Counted from the stretch's first letter, positions 1 through 9,828 are shown. The stretch: 64,000 nucleotides of DNA from an uncultured Haloferula sp. (GCA_965652295.1 CBFGTS010000008.1:64001-128000); one strand, 5' to 3'. Program-made: numbers and translations. The notes: generated by a model from the letters alone, not told the origin.

Positions 1-2
1 CA

Positions 3-635
3 CGCGACCGGCTGCGGCAGATCGCCACCGTTTACCCACGATCCGGTGCCGGGCCTGAAACGCGGCGGATCCTCAGCGAAATGAATCTCGATGAGCTGCT
101 TTCGCCGAGCCGGACCGACGACAAGACCCTCTACAAGGTGAAGCGCGGCGATTCCTACCTCGCGATCGCCGCCCGGCACGACACCACACTGGACATGATC
201 GTCCACCTCAACGGTTTGTTCGATTTGTCCAACCTCCAGCCCGGCGACGAACTGCTGTTGATGTCGCTGAATCTGCGGTTGCTGATCGAACCTGACCGGG
301 AAACCCTCTCTCTCTGGAAGGGAGAGGATTTCGTAGCGGAATACCCTGCCCGGGAAATGGTGGGTCTGCGCGCGAGCACCAAGACGAAGATTGTCGGCAA
401 ACAGGGAATCCGCGACGGCCGGAGAATTCCGCCCAGTCATCCCGATTACCGGGGGGCGCAAAAGGTGCTTTCTCTGGAGTCGCCGGCGGTGGAAATCGCT
501 GTCGCGCCCAAGGAAACTCCGAAAGATGCGGACGAACTCGCCCCCGGCGTCTATCTCAAGCCCGAACACATGGAAGAACTTGCTCTCCTTCTCCGACCGG
601 GGAATGAGGTGGAAATCCGCTTGAGCGGGCGTTAG
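3..635 (+). CDS. LysM peptidoglycan-binding protein with degenerate L,D-transpeptidase-like C-terminus (5'-truncated by window edge)
   Basis: Frame is open from base 3. LysM motif YKVKRGDSYLAIAARHDTTLDMIVHLNGL...LQPGDELL; C-terminus resembles a YkuD fold. Confidence 0.75.
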   Translation, partial: RDRLRQIATVYPRSGAGPETRRILSEMNLDELLSPSRTDDKTLYKVKRGDSYLAIAARHDTTLDMIVHLNGLFDLSNLQPGDELLLMSLNLRLLIEPDRETLSLWKGEDFVAEYPAREMVGLRASTKTKIVGKQGIRDGRRIPPSHPDYRGAQKVLSLESPAVEIAVAPKETPKDADELAPGVYLKPEHMEELALLLRPGNEVEIRLSGR

Positions 636-682
636 CTTCCGTCATCGGCCGCCAGCGTGGCGGCCCATTCCGTTGATCACCC

Positions 683-1636
683 ATGCAGCTGTTGGAATTT
701 GAAAAGCCGATCGTCGAGCTGGAGCGCGAGCTCGAAAAGCTCCGGACCAAGGCGGATTCGCAGGACATCGACATGTCCACGGAAATCTCCACGATGGAGG
801 CGAAGCTGGCGGAGACCCGCCGCAGCATCTATCAAAACCTCACTCCCTGGCAACGCGTGCAGATCGCCCGTCACACCCAGCGTCCCTTCATGCTCGACTA
901 CCTCGCCCAGGTTTTCACCGACTACTGCGAACTCCATGGCGACCGGCGGATCGGCGACGATGAGGCGATGCCGGGCGGATTCGCAACCCTCGGCGGTCGC
1001 AGGGTGGTGGTGATCGGCCACCAGAAGGGGCGCGACACCAAGGAGAACCTGAAGCGCAATTTCGGCTCCGCCCACCCGGAAGGCTACCGCAAGGCGATGC
1101 GGCTGATGAAGCTGGCGGAGAAATTCAAACTGCCCATGGTGGCGTTGATCGATACCCCGGGTGCCTATCCCGGGATCGGTGCGGAAGAGCGGAACATCGC
1201 CGAGGCGATCGCCTACAACCTGCGGGAAATGATGTTGCTCAAGGTGCCCGTGGTGGCCGTGGTGCTCGGTGAGGGTGGTTCCGGCGGCGCGCTCGGGATC
1301 GGCGTGGCCGACCGTGTGCTGATGATGGAAAACGCTTACTATTCGGTGATCAGTCCCGAGGGCTGCGCGGCGATTCTTTGGAAACACCGCAAGCACGCGC
1401 CGGAAGCGGCGGAGGCGATGAAACTCGCTGCGCCGGATCTGCTGAAACTCGGACTGATCGATGGCGTCGTGCCGGAACCGCAGGGCGGTGCCCACCATGA
1501 CCACAAGTTGGCGGCCCAGGCGCTCGGCGAGGCGGTGGGCGCGGCGATCGATGAACTCTCGAAGCTTCCCGTGGCCAAGCTGCTCGACGCGAGGTACGAC
1601 AAGTTCCGCAAGTTCGGCGAGTGGACGGAGGTCTGA
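683..1636 (+). CDS. accA: Acetyl-CoA carboxylase carboxyltransferase alpha subunit
   Basis: LEFEKPI start, LTPWQRVQIARH, IDTPGAYPGIGAEER, GEGGSGGALG, YSVISPEGCAAILW. Confidence 0.97.
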   Translation: MQLLEFEKPIVELERELEKLRTKADSQDIDMSTEISTMEAKLAETRRSIYQNLTPWQRVQIARHTQRPFMLDYLAQVFTDYCELHGDRRIGDDEAMPGGFATLGGRRVVVIGHQKGRDTKENLKRNFGSAHPEGYRKAMRLMKLAEKFKLPMVALIDTPGAYPGIGAEERNIAEAIAYNLREMMLLKVPVVAVVLGEGGSGGALGIGVADRVLMMENAYYSVISPEGCAAILWKHRKHAPEAAEAMKLAAPDLLKLGLIDGVVPEPQGGAHHDHKLAAQALGEAVGAAIDELSKLPVAKLLDARYDKFRKFGEWTEV

Positions 1637-1657
1637 CTTCGGCAGGCAAGGCCGCTT

Positions 1658-2170
1658 TTACATCCCGGCCTGCCAGAGCGCGGCCTGGATCTTGAAATCG
1701 ACGAGGCAGCCTTCCTGCTCTTTTTGACGAAGAAAGCCGCGGACCTCGGAGAGTGGGACCTCGTGCACGGTGATGTCTTCCAGCCCGGTGCCGCCGCCAT
1801 CCGCGACTTTCCGCAGATCGCGGGCAAGGAAGAGGTGGGTGGTCTCGCTGGTCATGCCCGCGGAGGTGGGGGAACTCAGAAGCAGCTCGATCTCGCCTGC
1901 TTCATAGCCGGTTTCCTCGCGCAGCTCGCGTCTCGCGGTTTCGGCGAGGTCTTCTCCCGCGAATTCGTCTTCGTCGCCCACCAGCCCGGCGGGGATCTCG
2001 ATGACGCGCTTTTGCAGGGGAATCCGGAACTGTTCGATGAGCAGCAGCTGGTTTGCCGGCGTGATGGCGAGGATGCCGACGGCGGAGTCGGCGTTGGGTC
2101 GGCGGACGAAGTCCCAGTGGCCGTTGCGGTAGACTCCCAGCCAGGGGGTCTCGAAAAGCGTCTCGATCAT
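1658..2170 (-). CDS. NUDIX hydrolase (ADP-ribose pyrophosphatase-like)
   Basis: Nudix box EIPAGLVGD...AETARRELREETG; start taken at MIETLF. Confidence 0.88.
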   Translation of the reverse strand: MIETLFETPWLGVYRNGHWDFVRRPNADSAVGILAITPANQLLLIEQFRIPLQKRVIEIPAGLVGDEDEFAGEDLAETARRELREETGYEAGEIELLLSSPTSAGMTSETTHLFLARDLRKVADGGGTGLEDITVHEVPLSEVRGFLRQKEQEGCLVDFKIQAALWQAGM

Positions 2171-2225
2171 GTGCAAAGATGTTCTGGAACCTGGACGTAT
2201 GAAGGGCAGGTTTTCCCCGTCGCCC

Positions 2226-3386
2226 ATGCCCCGCCACGATTTCCAGATTCCGCTCATCTTCAAGCACCGGGTGTGCTTCACCCGCGCTGCGTTCGATCCG
2301 GACAACGCGACCGTTCGCGAGTTGCTGGCGGAGGGCGGTGGCCGGCGTGTGCTGGTGGTGCTCGAGGACGCGGTCGCCGAGGCTTGGCCGGATCTCATTT
2401 CCGAAATGGAAGACTACTTCGCCGATCTAGGCTTCGATTGGCGCGGCGTGGCGATCCTCCCGGGCGGCGAGCCGGTGAAAGCCGATGACGCGCTGGTGCG
2501 GGAGGTTTGGACGCGGATCGACGAGCAACACATCGACCGCCATTCGTATCTCCTTGCGATCGGTGGCGGCGCGTTCCTCGATGCGGTCGGTTTCGCGGCG
2601 GCGACGGCGCACCGCGGGGTGAGGCTGGTGAGGTTTCCCACCACCACGCTTTCGCAGGACGACAGCGGGGTGGGGGTGAAGTGCGCGATCAATGGCTTCG
2701 GTAAGAAGAACTGGATCGGCTCCTTTGCGGTGCCGTTCGCGGTGGTGAATGACTTCCGTTTCCTGCACTCGCAGGACGAGGAGACGAAGCGTGCGGGCCT
2801 CATCGAGGCGGTGAAGGTCGCACTGGTGAAAGACGGCGATTTTTTCCGCTGGATCCATACTCATGCCGAGCGGCTCGCGGCCTTGGAGGAGGGGGTTTTC
2901 GAGGAATGCGTCGAGCGCTCGGCGCTGGCTCATGCGCGGCACATCGCTGAGGGCGGCGATCCATTTGAAACGGGCAGCAGCCGGCCGTTGGACTTTGGCC
3001 ATTGGGCTGCCCACAAGCTGGAGCAGCTGAGCGATTTCGCCCTCAGCCACGCGCACGCGGTGGCGATCGGGGTGGCTCTCGACACGCTCTACTCGGCGAA
3101 ATGCGGGCTGCTGCGCGAGTGCGATGCGGCGCGGGTGATGGACGTGCTGGAAGCGCTGCGACTACCGGTCTGGGACGAGGCGTTGGAGCTGCGGGACCCT
3201 GCGGGCCGGCGTCGGGTTCACCAAGGTCTCGAAGAGTTCCGCGAACATCTCGGAGGCGAGCTGACGGTGCTGCTGCTAAAGGACCTGGGACGGGGACAGG
3301 ACGTGCATCATCTCGACGAAGGACTGGTCGAGTGCTGCATCGCGGAGCTGCGCGGAAGCCGCGACGTGCTGTTGCCGAAGGGATAG
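2226..3386 (+). CDS. 3-dehydroquinate synthase-like sugar phosphate cyclase (EboD-like paralog)
   Basis: GGGAFLDAVGFAAATAHRG, PTTTLSQDDSGVGVK, GSSRPLDFGHWAAHKLE; distinct from the canonical AroB at 16292. Confidence 0.8.
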   Translation: MPRHDFQIPLIFKHRVCFTRAAFDPDNATVRELLAEGGGRRVLVVLEDAVAEAWPDLISEMEDYFADLGFDWRGVAILPGGEPVKADDALVREVWTRIDEQHIDRHSYLLAIGGGAFLDAVGFAAATAHRGVRLVRFPTTTLSQDDSGVGVKCAINGFGKKNWIGSFAVPFAVVNDFRFLHSQDEETKRAGLIEAVKVALVKDGDFFRWIHTHAERLAALEEGVFEECVERSALAHARHIAEGGDPFETGSSRPLDFGHWAAHKLEQLSDFALSHAHAVAIGVALDTLYSAKCGLLRECDAARVMDVLEALRLPVWDEALELRDPAGRRRVHQGLEEFREHLGGELTVLLLKDLGRGQDVHHLDEGLVECCIAELRGSRDVLLPKG

Positions 3387-3402
3387 GAGTGATCGATCTC
3401 GC

Positions 3403-3807
3403 TCAGTCGTCTCTGCCGGGGGAGCGGCGGAAACTTTTCTTCTGCGAAAGCAGGCGTTTGTCCTGAATGGAGCGTTGCTTGGAGCGGCGCGAGCGGCGGC
3501 GTTTCTGGCGGCGGACTTTTTCAATTTCCTGCTGCCGTTTCGACGCCTTGCCGAGGCGGATTTCGTCGAGGGTGTCGCAGAGCTCCTTGCGCGCGTGGAA
3601 ACGGTTGAGTTCGCGGGAGCGGGACGACTGGCATTTCACCTCGATGCCGGAGGGCTCGTGCTTCAGGTAAACGCAGGAGTGGGTCTTGTTGATCTTCTGC
3701 CCCCCGGAGCCGGAGCCGAGGATGAATTTCTCCGTGAGCTCGGCTTCGAGGACGCCGAGCTTCGCCATGCGCTCCTCAAGCGCGGCTTGTTTGTCGGGCG
3801 AAATCAT
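3403..3807 (-). CDS. Peptide chain release factor-like ribosome rescue protein (ArfB/C12orf65-like)
   Basis: GSGSGGQKINKT GGQ motif and a highly basic C-terminal tail. Confidence 0.85.
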   Translation of the reverse strand: MISPDKQAALEERMAKLGVLEAELTEKFILGSGSGGQKINKTHSCVYLKHEPSGIEVKCQSSRSRELNRFHARKELCDTLDEIRLGKASKRQQEIEKVRRQKRRRSRRSKQRSIQDKRLLSQKKSFRRSPGRDD

Positions 3808-3878
3808 AGGGCCACTGTGGCACGACCGTCCCGGTCGTAAAAGGCGCAGGGTGGGCACGCGATCATGCCACGGTGTCC

Positions 3879-4664
3879 TCAGCTTTGGACGCGGCTCACG
3901 TAGGCTTCCGCGGCGCGGCGGATGGCCCCGGCGACATCGGCTTCGGGCCTGGCGAAGGGAGGGACGAACCACGGATAGGAGCCGATCAAATCGGTGACGA
4001 CGGCGACTTCTCCGTCGCAGGTCGTTTCTCCACAGCCGATGCCGATGGTGGGAACGGGGATCGTGGCGGTGAGCTCGGCGGCGACTTCAGGAATCACGCT
4101 CTCGAGAACGATGGCGAACACGCCGGCTTCGACGAGGGCGCGTGCACCTTCGCGCAATCCTTCGACCTGCTCGGGGGTGCGGCCTTTCTTTTTGTAGCCG
4201 CCTTCCTCGTGCACGCGTTGGGGGAGCATGCCGAGGTGGCCGCAGACGGGAATGCCGGCGGCGGTGAGCGCGGCGATCTTTTCCGCTTGGCGGACGCCGC
4301 CTTCGAGCTTCACGGCTCCCGCGCCGGCTTCGATGAGCTTGCGGCCGTTGGCGACGGTGGTTTCCGGATCGGGGTAGGTGCCGATGGGGAAGTCGCCTAC
4401 GATGAGCGCCGTAGGTTGTGCGCGCGCCACGGCTGAGACGTGATGCAGCATGTGATCGAGCGTGACGTGGGTGGTGTCCGGATAGCCGAGCACGACCATG
4501 CCGAGGGAGTCGCCGACCAGCAGCATGTCGACGCCGGCTTCATCGAGGAGGCGTGCCGTGGGATAGTCATAGGCGGTGAGGACGGAGATGCGGCGTTTGC
4601 CTTTCCGTGCGCGCAGCGCCTGGGCTTTTGAAGGAAGTTTCAAGGATGCGGTATCAAGTTTCAA
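3879..4664 (-). CDS. panB: 3-methyl-2-oxobutanoate hydroxymethyltransferase
   Basis: LTAYDY, LVGDSLGMV, VKLEGG, GHLGMLPQ; start uncertain (TTG within a heptamer repeat). Confidence 0.95.
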   Translation of the reverse strand: MKLDTASLKLPSKAQALRARKGKRRISVLTAYDYPTARLLDEAGVDMLLVGDSLGMVVLGYPDTTHVTLDHMLHHVSAVARAQPTALIVGDFPIGTYPDPETTVANGRKLIEAGAGAVKLEGGVRQAEKIAALTAAGIPVCGHLGMLPQRVHEEGGYKKKGRTPEQVEGLREGARALVEAGVFAIVLESVIPEVAAELTATIPVPTIGIGCGETTCDGEVAVVTDLIGSYPWFVPPFARPEADVAGAIRRAAEAYVSRVQS

Positions 4665-4676
4665 GCGGGCTGCGGG

Positions 4677-5192
4677 CTACCACTTGCTGCACACCTTTTG
4701 AAGCGGTGGCTCGCGGGTGTCGAGACGCTGGAGGTGGTCGTGGACGGTGAGGTCGTGGCCGGGGAGGCGGAGGTCGGGTTGGATCTCGGCAAGCGGTTCC
4801 AGCACGAAGCGTCTCAGCGTGAGACGCGGGTGGGGGAGTTCGAGATCGGGGGCGGAAACGATCCGGTCGCCGAGGTAAAGCAGGTCGGCATCGAGCGTGC
4901 GCGGGGCGTTGCGCTCGTTTCCGCGAACGCGGCGGAGGCGGGTTTCGATCTGGCGGGCGGCGGCGAGGAGGTCGTGCGGGCTGCCGGCATAAGCGAACTC
5001 GATGACGGTATTGAGAAAATCCGGCGAGCCGTCCGGGCAGGCGACCGGAGCCGCCTGGTAAATGGAGGCCTGGAGGACCGCGGAGTCGTTCTCTGCGATT
5101 TGTTGGAAGAAATCGCGCGCCGCCCGGAGATGGGCAAGGCGGTCGCCGAGGTTGGAGCCAAGGGCGATGCCGGCGCGTGGGATCATGGGCAT
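4677..5192 (-). CDS. folK: 2-amino-4-hydroxy-6-hydroxymethyldihydropteridine diphosphokinase
   Basis: IALGSNLGDR, PRTLDADLLY, LPHPRLTLRRFVLEPL. Confidence 0.95.
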   Translation of the reverse strand: MPMIPRAGIALGSNLGDRLAHLRAARDFFQQIAENDSAVLQASIYQAAPVACPDGSPDFLNTVIEFAYAGSPHDLLAAARQIETRLRRVRGNERNAPRTLDADLLYLGDRIVSAPDLELPHPRLTLRRFVLEPLAEIQPDLRLPGHDLTVHDHLQRLDTREPPLQKVCSKW

Positions 5193-5220
5193 GTTGATGC
5201 GGGTGGGAAACCCGCGCTCC

Positions 5221-5958
5221 TTATTTCAAACCCAGCACGTCCTGCATGTCGTAGAGGCCGGAGGGTTTGTCAGCGAGCCACACGGCGGCACGGACGGCAC
5301 CGGCGGCGAAGGTCATGCGGGAGGAGGCCTTGTGGGTGAGTTCGACCCGTTCGCCATCGGCCGCGAACATGACGGTGTGATCGCCCACGACGTCGCCACC
5401 GCGGAGGGTGTGCATGCCGATCTCGCGCCTGGTGCGGGCACCGGTGATGCCGAAGCGGCCGTGTTTGACGTCGTCCTCGTAGCTGGTGCCGGTTTCTTCG
5501 TTGAGGATTTCCAGAAGGCGGCGGGCGGTGCCGGAGGGGGCGTCGATCTTATGACGGTGGTGCATTTCGGTCACCTCGATGTCGAAGCGGTCCTGGGTGA
5601 GGATCTGCGCGGCCTTGCGGGTGAGCCAGAAGAGGGTGTTGACGCCGACGGAGTAGTTCGGCGCGAAGACGATGGGCAGCGCCTTGGCGGCTTCGGCGAT
5701 TGCGGCGCGTTCTTCATTGGTGTGCCCGGTGGTGCCGATCACGAGACGGGTGCCGTTTTTCAGCGCCGCTTCCAGCACATCCTTGGTGAAGGAGTGGATG
5801 GTGAAATCGATGGCTGTATCGGCCCCGACAATGGCTGTGGCGAGATCTTCGCCAGCATCGTGGGTGGCGGCGAGTTCGGTTTCGGAATGGGCCTCGGTGG
5901 CTGCGATGATGGCCTGGCCCATGCGGCCGGACTTTCCGGTGACGAGGATGCGGTTCAT
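5221..5958 (-). CDS. dapB: 4-hydroxy-tetrahydrodipicolinate reductase
   Basis: GKSGRMG, VIGTTG, EMHHRHKIDAPSGTA, RGGDVVGDH. Confidence 0.96.
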   Translation of the reverse strand: MNRILVTGKSGRMGQAIIAATEAHSETELAATHDAGEDLATAIVGADTAIDFTIHSFTKDVLEAALKNGTRLVIGTTGHTNEERAAIAEAAKALPIVFAPNYSVGVNTLFWLTRKAAQILTQDRFDIEVTEMHHRHKIDAPSGTARRLLEILNEETGTSYEDDVKHGRFGITGARTRREIGMHTLRGGDVVGDHTVMFAADGERVELTHKASSRMTFAAGAVRAAVWLADKPSGLYDMQDVLGLK

Positions 5959-5965
5959 GGGTGGA

Positions 5966-6847
5966 TCAAAGGAGATCGTGAGCTTCGAGGAGTCCGCGGA
6001 GCTGTTCCAGCTTGTCGTTTCCCAGGCCGACCAGCGGCAGGCGGAATTCCCGGGTGCAATGGCCTTGGAGGGCGACGGCTTCCTTGATGGGGACGGGATT
6101 GGTGTCCAGCGACATCAGGCCGCGGAAGAGCGGATACCACGTCTTCTGCATGGCGAGCGCCTCGTCGAACGACCCGTTGAGGCAGGCGCGGACGAGGCGG
6201 ACCATGACGTCCGGGATGAGGTTCGAGGCTACTGATACGAGGCCGATCGCGCCGCAGGAAATGAAGGGCAGTGTGAGCGGGTCGTCGCCGGAGAGGATCG
6301 AAAAGTCCTCGGGCAGGGCTTGGACGAGCTGGTTGATGCGCTCGACGGATCCACCGGCTTCCTTGATCGCGACGATGGTCGGGCAATCCGCGGCGAGCCG
6401 GGCGGCGACCTCGACCGGGATCTCGATGGCGGAGCGGCCAGGGACGCTGTAAAGCATGACCGGCAGAGAGGTAGCGGAGGCGATCGCCTTGTAGTGCTGG
6501 TAGAGGCCCTCGGCGGACGGCTTGTTGTAGTAGGGGCAGACCTGGAGGGTGCCGGTGGCGCCGGCCTTTTCGGCAGCGACGGTCAGCTCGATGGCTTCGG
6601 CGGTCGCGTTGGCGCCGGTTCCGGCGAGCACTTCGCAGCGGCCGGCGGCGTATTCGACGGCGAGGCGGATGACCTCGATGTGCTCGTCCATGTCGAGCGT
6701 GGGCGATTCACCGGTGGTGCCGACCGGCACGACGCCGTCGATTCCGGCCTCGACCTGGCGGTCGATGAGGGCCTGGAATGCGGGACGGTCGATCCGGCCA
6801 TCGCGGAAGGGGGTGATGAGAGCGGTGTAGGTGCCTCGGAAGCTCAT
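5966..6847 (-). CDS. dapA: 4-hydroxy-tetrahydrodipicolinate synthase
   Basis: GTYTALITPF, GTTGESPTL, PYYNKP, IKEAGG, NPVPIKEA. Confidence 0.96.
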   Translation of the reverse strand: MSFRGTYTALITPFRDGRIDRPAFQALIDRQVEAGIDGVVPVGTTGESPTLDMDEHIEVIRLAVEYAAGRCEVLAGTGANATAEAIELTVAAEKAGATGTLQVCPYYNKPSAEGLYQHYKAIASATSLPVMLYSVPGRSAIEIPVEVAARLAADCPTIVAIKEAGGSVERINQLVQALPEDFSILSGDDPLTLPFISCGAIGLVSVASNLIPDVMVRLVRACLNGSFDEALAMQKTWYPLFRGLMSLDTNPVPIKEAVALQGHCTREFRLPLVGLGNDKLEQLRGLLEAHDLL

Positions 6848-6944
6848 GGGCGGGAGAGTGAACGGGGACGCACGAACGTCCAACATCGAACATCGGGGTT
6901 GTCGGAAAAAACCGCGGGGGACGCAAAGGGGCGTCGTGCCGAAC

Positions 6945-7091
6945 TCAGGGCTGCTCGCGGACGAGCTTGCCGTTCTTCCAGACGATGAGGGGGAGTCCGA
7001 GACGTTTGTGCTCCGCCCGAAGCTTGCGGGCGGCGCGGTGTTGGGCTTGGAGCGCGATCCGAGCATCCTCCGGCAGGATGGAGGCTTTCAT
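6945..7091 (-). CDS. Small (48 aa) partner protein of the zeta-toxin-like ATPase
   Basis: ATG overlaps the TGA of the upstream ATPase frame (ATGA). EHKRLGLPLIVWKNGKLV resembles small genes found beside COG4185-type ATPases. Confidence 0.6.
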   Translation of the reverse strand: MKASILPEDARIALQAQHRAARKLRAEHKRLGLPLIVWKNGKLVREQP

Positions 7092-7505
7092 GGGGCTGAG
7101 CGGAGCTGGATGCTTGGGCGCGACCATCGGGAAGTCATGAAGTGACTGACGTCACGGATAGCGTGCGTTTCAGACGTTGCCAAGGCCTCAAAGCGCAGCT
7201 CTTCGGAGGTCCAGATCCGCCATCGATCCGAAAGCGGGAGGTAGAGTTCGACGAGATTGGCCAGGATTCGGTCGTAGCGGCGGAGGATGTCAGTCGTCCG
7301 GGACGTCGTGGCCGCCCATCTTCACCCGCTGCCGGACGCGGGCAGCCTTGCGGCCGACGCTGGCGGGATCGAAGGGGGAAAGGCCGCGGGCGATCTCGTC
7401 GTTGTTGAGAAAACGCATGCCTTTGAGTTCACGGGTCAATAGCTCGCGGGCGAAGGTGGTTTTTCCCGCGCCGTTGGGTCCGCCGATGAGGAGGAGTTCG
7501 GGCAT
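7088..7505 (-). pseudogene. Zeta-toxin/AAA (COG4185-like) P-loop ATPase with internal deletion and frameshift
   Basis: GGPNGAGKTT Walker A and NNDEIARGLSPFDP are followed directly by RVRQRVKMGGHDVP, so the central part is missing. After the TGA at 7290-7292 the +1 frame continues DILRRYDRILANLVELYLPLSDRWRIW to a stop at 7088. Confidence 0.8.
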
Positions 7506-7508
7506 GAA

Positions 7509-7880
7509 TCAGAGCCGGTAGGGCAGGTGGATGTCGGCATTTTCCTCGGGAAAATCAGAGGTATTGCGCGTCGTGAGACGGCAGCCGGTCAGGCGGGCGG
7601 TGGCGAGGATGATGGCGTCGGGGAGGCGCAATTTCGGGACGTGATGGCGGCGTAGGGTCACGGCGGCCTCGGCGATCTCGGGCGTGAGTTCGATGACGTC
7701 GAACTGGGAGAGGAAGTTGCGTGCGATGTCCTCCGCTGCGGTGTCTCGGACGCCGACCATGATTTCCATCCACGTGATGCGGCTGATGCAGCGGCGGTGA
7801 TAGGGGGACAAGGTGACCTGCGCCTCCGGAATGCCATTGAGGAAATCGATGAGAATGCAGGTGTCGAAGCAACCGGTCAT
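7509..7880 (-). CDS. vapC: PIN-domain toxin (VapC family)
   Basis: FDTCILIDFL, ITWMEIMVG, LRLPDAIILATA, TRNTSDF. Confidence 0.9.
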   Translation of the reverse strand: MTGCFDTCILIDFLNGIPEAQVTLSPYHRRCISRITWMEIMVGVRDTAAEDIARNFLSQFDVIELTPEIAEAAVTLRRHHVPKLRLPDAIILATARLTGCRLTTRNTSDFPEENADIHLPYRL

Positions 7881-7893
7881 GGTCCTCAAGGCG

Positions 7894-8130
7894 TCAGTCC
7901 CACTCCGAGCGGAGGTCCTGTTGATAGGTGAGGCCGTCTCCCAAGCGACCTTGAAGCGCTCCGAAACCTTCGAGAGGTGCCGGAGGGCGGATGCTGGCAC
8001 CTTTTCGGCGGACGAGGTATTCCGCGACCGCTTCCCGCAGCACGGATGCACGCGAAGCGGCCTGGTCCTTGGCAAGGCCGTCCAACGCTTTCAGGGCATC
8101 ATCCTCGATGTCCACGATCGTACGCTTCAT
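7894..8130 (-). CDS. Ribbon-helix-helix (CopG-like) antitoxin
   Basis: MKRTIVDIEDDALKALDGLAKDQAASRASVLREAVAEYL, directly upstream of the PIN gene. Confidence 0.85.
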   Translation of the reverse strand: MKRTIVDIEDDALKALDGLAKDQAASRASVLREAVAEYLVRRKGASIRPPAPLEGFGALQGRLGDGLTYQQDLRSEWD

Positions 8131-8145
8131 GACGATAGCGTCGCG

Positions 8146-8176
8146 TGATGCCTACTGATGTCAAGAAATGATATCA
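8146..8176 (-). promoter_or_regulatory. Probable TA promoter/autoregulatory operator
   Basis: TTGACA on the minus strand overlapped by TGATATCA, TGATGTCA and TGATGCCT boxes just upstream of the RHH gene. Confidence 0.45.
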
Positions 8177-8180
8177 GTTG

Positions 8181-8993
8181 TCAAATTTCGATATCGCCCT
8201 CGAAAACGAAATCCGCCGGACCGGTGAGGGTGACGTTTTGAAACGACTGCCCGTCCACCTTTTCAAAGCCGATTTCGAGGGTGTCGCCCCCTTTCACATC
8301 GACCTTCACCGGCGAGGGTGCGTCGGTGAGGAGGTGGTGCATCAGGGCGCAGGCGACCATGCCGGTGCCGCAAGCGAGGGTCTCGTCCTCGACGCCGCGT
8401 TCGTAGGTGCGGATGGCGATGTGGCCGGGGGCGAGCACGGTCGCGAAGTTGGCGTTGGTGCCGTTGGGGGCGAAACGCTCGTGGAAACGAATGGCGCGGC
8501 CATGGGTGGCGACGTCGGTGTTCTCGAGGTCGTCGACGAAGGCGACGACGTGGGGAACGCCGGTATTGACGAAGTGCAGCGTGGTATCGAGACCGGGGAC
8601 CGAGGCACCACTGTCGATGGCGAGGTCCTTGGGCTCGGACATGGCGATGCGGATGTTTTCGTCCACGATCTCGGCGGCGAGGATGCCGGCTATGGTTTCG
8701 AAGGTGACCTTTTCCGGCAGTTCCTCCATGAGCGCCGACGTGAAGCGGCCGAAGCAACGCGCGCCATTTCCGCACATTTCAGCCTCGCCGCCATCAGCAT
8801 TGTAGTAGCGGAACCGGAAGTCGGCGCCGTTCTCGGCGGGCTCGACGGCGAGCAGGCCATCCGCGCCAACGCCGCGGTGGCGGTCGCAAAGATGGGCGAT
8901 CTGATCGCGGTCGAGCTTGAGGGAGAGATCGCGGTTGTCGACGACGACGAAGTCGTTGCCGGCACCGTTCATTTTGTAGAAGTGAAGGAGCAT
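8181..8993 (-). CDS. dapF: Diaminopimelate epimerase
   Basis: [41 protein letters not shown]. Confidence 0.96.
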   Translation of the reverse strand: MLLHFYKMNGAGNDFVVVDNRDLSLKLDRDQIAHLCDRHRGVGADGLLAVEPAENGADFRFRYYNADGGEAEMCGNGARCFGRFTSALMEELPEKVTFETIAGILAAEIVDENIRIAMSEPKDLAIDSGASVPGLDTTLHFVNTGVPHVVAFVDDLENTDVATHGRAIRFHERFAPNGTNANFATVLAPGHIAIRTYERGVEDETLACGTGMVACALMHHLLTDAPSPVKVDVKGGDTLEIGFEKVDGQSFQNVTLTGPADFVFEGDIEI

Positions 8994-9033
8994 CGGATGC
9001 CGATTGGGGATTGGAGATTGCCGAGCGTGGATG

Positions 9034-9828
9034 TCAGGAAGCGTGCGTGGCCTCGATCAGCGGGGTGACGAAGTCGCGGACGGCTTCGGCGGCGTGGTCG
9101 GGGTGGAGCTCGATCTGTTTCACGATCGCCGAACCGACGATCACACCGTTTCCTGCCTTGGCAACCATGGCGGCCTGCTCGGGCGTGGTGATGCCGAAGC
9201 CGACGCAGACGGGGGTTTGCGTGTGGCGGGTGATGCGGGCGACCTGATCGGCGATCTGCTCGGAGGGAGCGACGTGGCCGCCGGTGACGCCGGTGCGGGA
9301 GAGGGCGTAGATGAAGCCCTCGGCGTCGCCAGCGAGGAGTGGCACGCGGTTGTCGGGCGTGGTTGGGGCGATGAGGCGGATGTGCCGCAGGCCTTCGCCG
9401 CGGGCGAGGTCGGTGTTCAGCTTGGCTTCATCCGGTGGCAGGTCGAGGAGCAGGATGCCATCGGCACCGGCGGCGGCGGCATCGGCGTGGAACTTCTCGT
9501 AGCCGTAGGTGAAAACGGGATTGAGGTAGGTGAAGAGAACGATGGGGGTGTCGTGCGTTTCGCGGAACGCTCGGATCAGGTCGAGCACGCGCCGGGTGGT
9601 CATGCCGGCCTTGAGGGCGCGGTCGGCGGCCATCTGGTTGACGATGCCATCGGCCAGCGGGTCGGAAAAAGGAACGCCGAGTTCGATCACGTCGGCTCCG
9701 GCATCGGCGAGGGCGCGGACGACTTCCAGCGAGGTGTCGAAGGACGGGTCGCCGGCGCAGACGTAGGCGACGAAGGCCTTGCGGTTTTCGGCGCGGAGTC
9801 GGTCGAAGGTGGCGTCGATGCGGTTCAT
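9034..9828 (-). CDS. trpA: Tryptophan synthase alpha subunit
   Basis: [40 protein letters not shown]. Confidence 0.96.
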   Translation of the reverse strand: MNRIDATFDRLRAENRKAFVAYVCAGDPSFDTSLEVVRALADAGADVIELGVPFSDPLADGIVNQMAADRALKAGMTTRRVLDLIRAFRETHDTPIVLFTYLNPVFTYGYEKFHADAAAAGADGILLLDLPPDEAKLNTDLARGEGLRHIRLIAPTTPDNRVPLLAGDAEGFIYALSRTGVTGGHVAPSEQIADQVARITRHTQTPVCVGFGITTPEQAAMVAKAGNGVIVGSAIVKQIELHPDHAAEAVRDFVTPLIEATHAS

